Source: Promethearchaeota archaeon (GTDB lineage Archaea > Asgardarchaeota > Lokiarchaeia > Sigyniarchaeales > SOKP01). Taken from it: DNA of 38,344 nucleotides. The stretch lies in the NCBI GenBank assembly GCA_011364925.1, contig RDOA01000035.1, positions 1 to 38,344 of the forward strand, given 5' to 3'. A program made the translations under genes and the position numbers. This document shows, piece after piece, positions 35,435-38,344 of the stretch (its first letter is position 1; every line of letters begins with the position of its first letter). A model generated the notes under the pieces. It did no database searches. It was not told the DNA's origin and worked only from the letters and a program-made list of their open reading frames with translations.

Positions 35435-37057
35435 ATGGATGTAAACAAAGGTTTTGAAGATTTAGTTAAAAGAGGGATTGAAGAATATTTCAAACGTAAT
35501 CCAAGAATTGCTGTTCAATTTGGTAAAGAAGAATATGAAAGAATAGTAGAATCAGGATCGAAAGAACATATAGAGGAGAATCTAAAATGGTTTGGTCAGT
35601 GGATTAATGAGCTTAAGCAATTAGAAGTTGAAAAATTAAATTTCGAAAATAAAATTTCACTAAAAGCTCTAGAATACTATCACAATATCAATCTATTTAA
35701 CCATGAGGAGTTTCTTTTATGGAAAAGAGATCCTAATGGATTAGCATACTTTCAAGAGATTACATACCTTTTATTCCAGCGAAAGGGGCCAACAATAGAT
35801 TTAGCGGAAATTGTCATCATTCATATAAAAAAATTACCTAAATATTTAGAGGAATTCCAGTCTCGTTTTGATAAAACTCCGATTCCAATTGTATGGAGAG
35901 ATTTAGCTTTAGAAACAATTGAAACTACTCCTAAAATTTTAAAAGCTGTTGCTAAGGCATGTACCGAAACATCAGAAGTAAGCCCTACTCTTAAAAACGA
36001 ACTTCTTGAAGCCCTTAAAGAAGTTGAATCAGTTATCAAAAATCATGTAAAATGGATAAATAATCTACCCGTGGACACCAGCGAATTTGCCTGGGCTTTA
36101 GGACCTGAAAAATTCGATAAACTACTAAGTATACGGAAACTTCCTTGGGATCGAAAGACACTTCTATCAAAAGGGAATAGACTATTCAGCTTAGGATTTA
36201 AAAAAATTAAACGAATTCTTAAAGAACTCTATCCTGGTAAAACACTTAGCGAGGGAATTAAAGCATTTTTCGAAGAAGACTTAATCCCATCTTTTAAAGA
36301 AGTTCTCGAATACACTCAAAGTGAAGCAAAACGAGCAAAAAAATTCATAGAAAGCCATGATATTGCAACAATACCACTGGATAATTTGAAAATTATTGAA
36401 ACACCGCCCCATCTTGTACCAATCCTCCCAGCTGCTGCTTATGAACCAGCTCCCTATTTTAATAAAGAACAACCGGGAATCTTTATGATTAGTCCTACGC
36501 AAAAAGAATTTCAATCGTATACATATATTCCTCTTTGGATGGTCCATGAAGCTTATCCGGGACATCATTTGGATATCGCTAACAATAACGCTTTTGCTCC
36601 TCTCGTCAGACTGTTAGGGATATCTATGGAAACCGCCGAAGGATGGGCTATTTATTGTGAGGAAATGATGTTACAAGAAGGATTTTATAAAAATCACAAA
36701 AAAACCCAGCAATTAATTTCAGGAACTCAAGTAAGTGAAGCGATGACAATCATTTTGGATATCCAATTACACTGTAGGCAACGATCTATTTCAGATGCTA
36801 CTGAAACTTTAATGAATATATTATCAGTTAGTGAGGTTGCAGCTAAAGCGTCGATCGTTGATCATACTCGTGCTCCTGGCTATTCATCATCTTATCTTAC
36901 TGGAAAGCTCCTAATTGATGAATTACGTCAGGATCTAGAAGAAAAAATGGGAGACAAATTCACATTAAAATTCTTTCACGATACGATTCTTAGAAGTGGA
37001 GATTTACCATATTTCTTGTTGAAAGAGTATTTCGAAGAAAAAATAAAAAATCTATAA
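35435..37057 (+). CDS. DUF885 family HExxH metallopeptidase-like protein
   Basis: HEAYPGHHL, AEGWAIYCE, DIQLH, PGY..SYLTG and LKFFHD.IL..G.LP motifs. Confidence 0.9.
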   Translation: MDVNKGFEDLVKRGIEEYFKRNPRIAVQFGKEEYERIVESGSKEHIEENLKWFGQWINELKQLEVEKLNFENKISLKALEYYHNINLFNHEEFLLWKRDPNGLAYFQEITYLLFQRKGPTIDLAEIVIIHIKKLPKYLEEFQSRFDKTPIPIVWRDLALETIETTPKILKAVAKACTETSEVSPTLKNELLEALKEVESVIKNHVKWINNLPVDTSEFAWALGPEKFDKLLSIRKLPWDRKTLLSKGNRLFSLGFKKIKRILKELYPGKTLSEGIKAFFEEDLIPSFKEVLEYTQSEAKRAKKFIESHDIATIPLDNLKIIETPPHLVPILPAAAYEPAPYFNKEQPGIFMISPTQKEFQSYTYIPLWMVHEAYPGHHLDIANNNAFAPLVRLLGISMETAEGWAIYCEEMMLQEGFYKNHKKTQQLISGTQVSEAMTIILDIQLHCRQRSISDATETLMNILSVSEVAAKASIVDHTRAPGYSSSYLTGKLLIDELRQDLEEKMGDKFTLKFFHDTILRSGDLPYFLLKEYFEEKIKNL

Positions 37058-37148
37058 TTGGTAACCTGATGAAATGACCACTTCTCCTTATTAAAGTTTA
37101 TTAATACTGACCATAAAATTTTTAATTGAGAGATGACTTAACTATTTC

Positions 37149-37435
37149 GTCGATGAACTATTAATTTGTGATTTCCGTTTATCCCTATTAGCATCGACAA
37201 GTTATTGGATGTGAAAAATATCTCATCGATCCTGATGACGTACCGCCAATAATGGATACCGGCCCCGTGGAAGTGTATCAGAAGTGACTACGGTCAAAAT
37301 GCCTGATACTACAGGAAACAGGTGCCTAAGACGACCAATTCCTCGGTTAGCTTAGGGCTCCGGTTCAAGCACGAGCAAAAAAAATGAAAAAAATGAAATG
37401 TTTCGTGCTCAAAGGAACATACTCCCCATAGTATG
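37149..37435 (+). ncRNA. GC-enriched multi-hairpin region upstream of 23S rRNA (probable pre-rRNA leader, possibly a separate ncRNA)
   Basis: Stems GTCGATG/CATCGAC, TTATTGG/CCAATAA, GTATCAG/CTGATAC enclosing TGAC-TACG-GTCA, CCTAAG/CTTAGG, AGCACGAG/TTTCGTGCT and CATACT/AGTATG. Confidence 0.5.
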
Positions 37436-37569
37436 AAAATATACAATATTTTCGTCTCAATTTATAATTTCAAACGCAATTTCAATTTCGAAATTTGTTA
37501 GTATCGTCTCCGAATACACAAGCCTTTTCACAAGCAATCTGAATCTTTCCTCAAGTAGACGCCAATACG

Positions 37570-38344
37570 CCTACGCTATTTGGTGGATATCTTGGCTTGG
37601 GCACCGATGAAGAGCGTAACAAGCTGCGATAAGCTCGGGTTAGTCGCACGTAGACGCTGACCCCGAGATCCTCGAATCGGACATCCGCTTGCGGTCCAAT
37701 AATCCGCAAGATTCCCATTAGGGAAAGGGAACCCTGGGAAGTAAAACATTTTAGTACCAGGAGGAAAAGAAAACAACCGTGATTCCGTTAGTAACGGCGA
37801 GCGAAAGCGGAACAGATCAAACCGAATCCCTCGGGGAAAACCCAAGGGAAATGTGGAGTGTGGACCCCGTACGGCCTAACCAACGAAGGTGAATATCCCT
37901 GAAAAGTCAAGCCATAGAGCGTGACAGCCGCGTAACCGTAACTTGGAAGGCTGCTGCGAGGTATCCCGAGTAGTGCGGGGTAGTTTTCTCGTACGAATGT
38001 GCCAGATACACGCTGGTAAATCTAAATATGTCCCAAGACCGATAGCGAAATAGTAGCGTGAGCAAAAGATGAAAAGAAACCCGGAAGGGCCGTGAAAAGC
38101 GCTTGAAACCAAATAGCTTAGTAAGGATGCAGCCTGAAAGGATAGATTCTGCGCGAATGAGTTCTGGTGACAGAACATCAAAGCGCAGAGGACTAGGGTT
38201 GCATCATCAGTCTGGAATCATTGGCCAGGGAGTTTATAGTAGTGGCGAGCTTAAGTGTCTCGCGGCACGTAGGCATAGGGAAACCAATATTCTTGCAATC
38301 TAATTATCACATTAGGATGACCTTCGTACCTCGGAGTAGTTCTG
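37570..38344 (+). rRNA. rrl: 23S rRNA, 5' part (start approximate; runs off the window)
   Basis: Conserved LSU motifs GGTGGAT...GATGAAG, GCTGCGATAAGC, GAAGTAAAACATTTTAGTACCAGGAGGAAAAGAAA, GGCGAGCGAA and ACCGATAGCGAAATAGTAGCGTGAGCAAAAGATGAAAAG. Confidence 0.97.

Noticed and set aside
2173-36568. Many 60-113 aa ORFs antisense or out of frame within well-supported genes (e.g. 3227-3547, 7317-7637, 19381-19635, 19702-20022, 28987-29310, 31544-31885, 36281-36568)
   Set aside because: Almost all fully overlap genes with clear family motifs and show no motifs of their own.
37209-37245. Hammerhead ribozyme (GAAA...CTGATGA)
   Set aside because: Stems I-III cannot be formed around the core and the G10.1-C11.1 pair is missing.
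37299-37355. ORF MPDTTGNRCLRRPIPRLA as a fifth micropeptide
   Set aside because: 18 aa, no Gly3, no Pro-stop, no correctly spaced AGTGA, and it lies within RNA helices.
37576-38303. ORFs 37576-37845, 37876-38181 and 38103-38303
   Set aside because: Spurious frames inside 23S rRNA.
1-38344. Mobile element or provirus next to either tRNA
   Set aside because: No integrase or transposase, and I saw no duplicated tRNA 3' end; the flanks are mostly housekeeping genes.

Overview
AT-rich (about 30% GC by eye) archaeal core-genome window, most likely Asgard (Lokiarchaeia-like). The assignment rests on a Loki-type profilin, RPA1- and RPA2-like genes, a RING-like protein, TFB/Rpo12, aRF1, FtsZ, a Get3/ArsA ATPase, archaeal CoA enzymes (PoK, PPS, PanE), methanofuran-linked genes, and an aIF2beta-NMD3-RIO1-Dim2 cluster. 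It has about 40 protein genes, two tRNA genes that each carry two BHB introns (Leu-CAA with a 5-nt anticodon micro-exon; initiator Met with 46/47 and 59/60 introns), and the 5' part of a 23S rRNA gene with no 16S in front of it. The main unexplained signal is a family of four unannotated 9-codon ORFs: MPGHNQIFP, MPGDDGTLP, MPGDTGTIP and MPGELGTFP. Each has an AGTGA Shine-Dalgarno-like motif 5-6 nt upstream, ends in Pro-TAA, shows synonymous variation at conserved residues, and is followed by a T-rich tract (preceded by a hairpin in three of the four). Three copies bracket a DUF885-like HExxH metallopeptidase gene and the fourth lies upstream of ftsZ. This is a candidate undescribed micropeptide-plus-peptidase system. 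All family assignments are by motif recognition, not database search.
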